Source of the DNA: Macrostomum lignano
Taxonomy: Eukaryota
Reading direction: 5' to 3'
Assembly: GCA_002269645.1 (NCBI GenBank)
Contig: NIVC01000278.1
Location: forward strand, 372,001 to 436,000
DNA length: 64,000 nt
In this document: positions 62,200 to 64,000 of the stretch, piece after piece
Position numbering within the stretch: position 1 is the first letter of the stretch
Layout of the letters: the number at the start of each line of letters is the position of its first letter
Position numbers and translations under genes: made by a program
The notes under the pieces: generated by a model
What the model was told of the DNA's origin: nothing
Database searches by the model: none
What the model saw: only the letters and a program-made list of their open reading frames with translations

Positions 62200-62363
62200 T
62201 ACCATTTTAATCGCAAAAATGTAAAATTTTAAGTCTAAGCATTATAACTTTGTGAAAAATAAATATAGTGAAAAAGTTTAAAGAAGCCATTTTTTCTGAA
62301 ATCTATCGCACAGCTAGATAGATAGATAGATAGATACAGACAACTCATTTTTAGTATATTGGA
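62200..62363 (-). mobile_element. Helitron-like 5' end on the minus strand (left boundary arbitrary)
   Basis: Reverse complement A|TCCAATATACTAAAAATGAGTTGTCTG(TATC)n, nearly matching the 48612 terminus. Confidence 0.6.
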
Positions 62364-63360
62364 TAAAGCTTCCTGACTTTGTGCTGACTTAGTCATAATA
62401 CAAGAATTGGCTTGATATCCTTGCAAGCGTCTTGTAAGCGTCTTGCAAGCATCCTTGCAATGCGTCTTGTGTCCTGACTTAGTCATAAAAATTGCCTGCG
62501 CGCTATGTCTCAACTGTAAAAATTGCCTGCGCGCTAAAGTCACTGGGATTTTTGCGCCCTTGTGCCTGTGCGCGCCTATTTCCACACTTTCCAAAAAAAT
62601 ATATACTCAGCAACATTGAAAAGTCGCCACTCTATGCAATTTCTCTTGGACTATTCTGAAATAAAAGATACGAGAAAACTGAGGGGTAGCTTTAATCCGT
62701 CCAACCCTCACACACCGCTCCCCCCCCCCCAACTTCATTACTCAACTCATGTCTGCCGCGGCGTAGCTGAGTTGCGTCACTCGCAAACATTGAGAGACTT
62801 AAACTGCACTCTCAAAAGTCGCGACCACAGACGGAATTTTCTGTGATGGCGACTTTTCGATGTTGCTGAGTATAAATGCGCGCTTATGTCCACGCGCTTA
62901 TTCAGCCCTCCCGATAAGCCTCACCCAAAGTTCGCGAGAGAATAGTAGGCGCAAATTTGCTGACCCACGGACAAGAAGTCCTGAGGTCAGCTCTGGAATG
63001 CCTGTCAACTGGGCCATATGTACCCAACTGGGTATATTGATTCAATTATACTGCCTAATAAAATCCCATTTGATTCGTCAAAGGATTGAACAATTGTATA
63101 TTCTGGCTTTAATTGTAAGACTTCGTACGAGCGTAATTACGATAAAAGAAAAAACTCAAGACAATTCAAATCTCCTGTCTAAAAACTTCCAGATGACCAA
63201 TCACAATTTGAAGGTTCCCATGTTACCAATCCTTCACTTAATATTAGTTTTGCATATAGTTGTTACTTATAGATTGAGTTATTATTTAGTAGTAATAAGT
63301 TTAATTTAATTAATTAAACAGAAAGTAGTTCGCAAACAATTAACCAGTACAAGTACATTG

Positions 63361-63609
63361 CTATTCAAGCAATTCAACCGCAGCGACGCCGCTGTCATCA
63401 GTCGTCAGCAAATTTACGTCGTCAGCAGCGACCCCAGCGGGTTTAGTGGCTGGGTTGGCAGCAGTGGCCGTCGTGGCCCTTGAAGCAGCAGTGGCTGCGT
63501 TAGCAGCGCGCCGGCAGTCCGCTACCTTATGCCCTACTTTCAGGCAGTAGAAGCACATAGCACCTGCAAATTTTATATAAGTGTAATTCTTTCCCTTCTG
63601 CGGATACAA
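63361..63609 (-). pseudogene. Retroelement Gag C-terminal fragment with CCHC zinc knuckle
   Basis: CFYCLKVGHKVADC = CX2CX4HX4C, followed by an Ala/Thr-rich linker. No capsid or pol recognised. Confidence 0.6.
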
Positions 63610-63684
63610 AATACTTTTTCAGCGACTGTAGTGAGTGAATAAATTCAAAGTCAGTAGAAGGCATGAGGGGGCTTTTGGGACAAA

Positions 63685-63905
63685 ATTTTTCACGTCCTCC
63701 ATAATCCCATTAAATCCATCCATATTATCCCTGACAGAATCAGAAAAAAGGGGGGTCGCACTCGCTCACAAAACGTCCTCCATAATCCCATTAAATCCAT
63801 CCATATTATCCCTGACAGAATCATGAAAAAGGGGAGGGGCCGCACTTGCTCTGAAAACTTCGAACATAATCCTATTAAATCCATCCATATTATCCCCGAC
63901 AGAAT
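63685..63905. repeat. Tandem repeat of ~85-bp units (CCATAATCCCATTAAATCCATCCATATTATCCCTGACAGAATC core), about 3 copies
   Basis: The core recurs at ~63699, ~63780 and ~63867. Confidence 0.85.
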
Positions 63906-64000
63906 CAGACAGTGGACACCTGTTATGCTCACTGACACTGACATCATCCACCAACATCCACCCATAGCATCTTCGAAACAATCAGAAAAAAAAATCTGCA

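Overview
Repeat-dense eukaryotic (metazoan-type) DNA with AT-rich GT-AG introns and GC-rich exons. The CAGA-microsatellite-laden style resembles free-living flatworms such as Macrostomum, but that is inference only. One clear host gene is present: a 5-exon MINDY3/FAM188A deubiquitinase on the minus strand (1821-10718, 428 aa), with three of its four introns filled by unrelated minisatellites. The dominant feature is a Helitron cluster. A near-intact autonomous Helitron starts at 48612 and carries a 9-exon transposase gene (50112-57281) with the layout [23-aa STPR-type repeats]-[OTU-type cysteine protease]-[Cys-rich motif]-[HUH/Y2 Rep]-[PIF1 helicase] and a single 1-nt frameshift. It is joined head-to-tail (CTAG|TC) to an upstream non-autonomous derivative built largely of minisatellites that carries two 3' terminators. 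Several more Helitron-type 5' ends and two Helentron/HINE-like mini-elements also occur. Other content: three Mutator-type MITE/foldback elements with 9-bp TSDs, a truncated Ty3/Gypsy LTR element, a LINE 3' fragment, a Gag zinc-knuckle fragment, an unidentified spliced minus-strand gene with a weak HMG-like segment, decayed ORFs and many tandem arrays. No RNA genes or CRISPR arrays were recognised. Most long ORFs in the supplied track are translation artefacts of tandem repeats.
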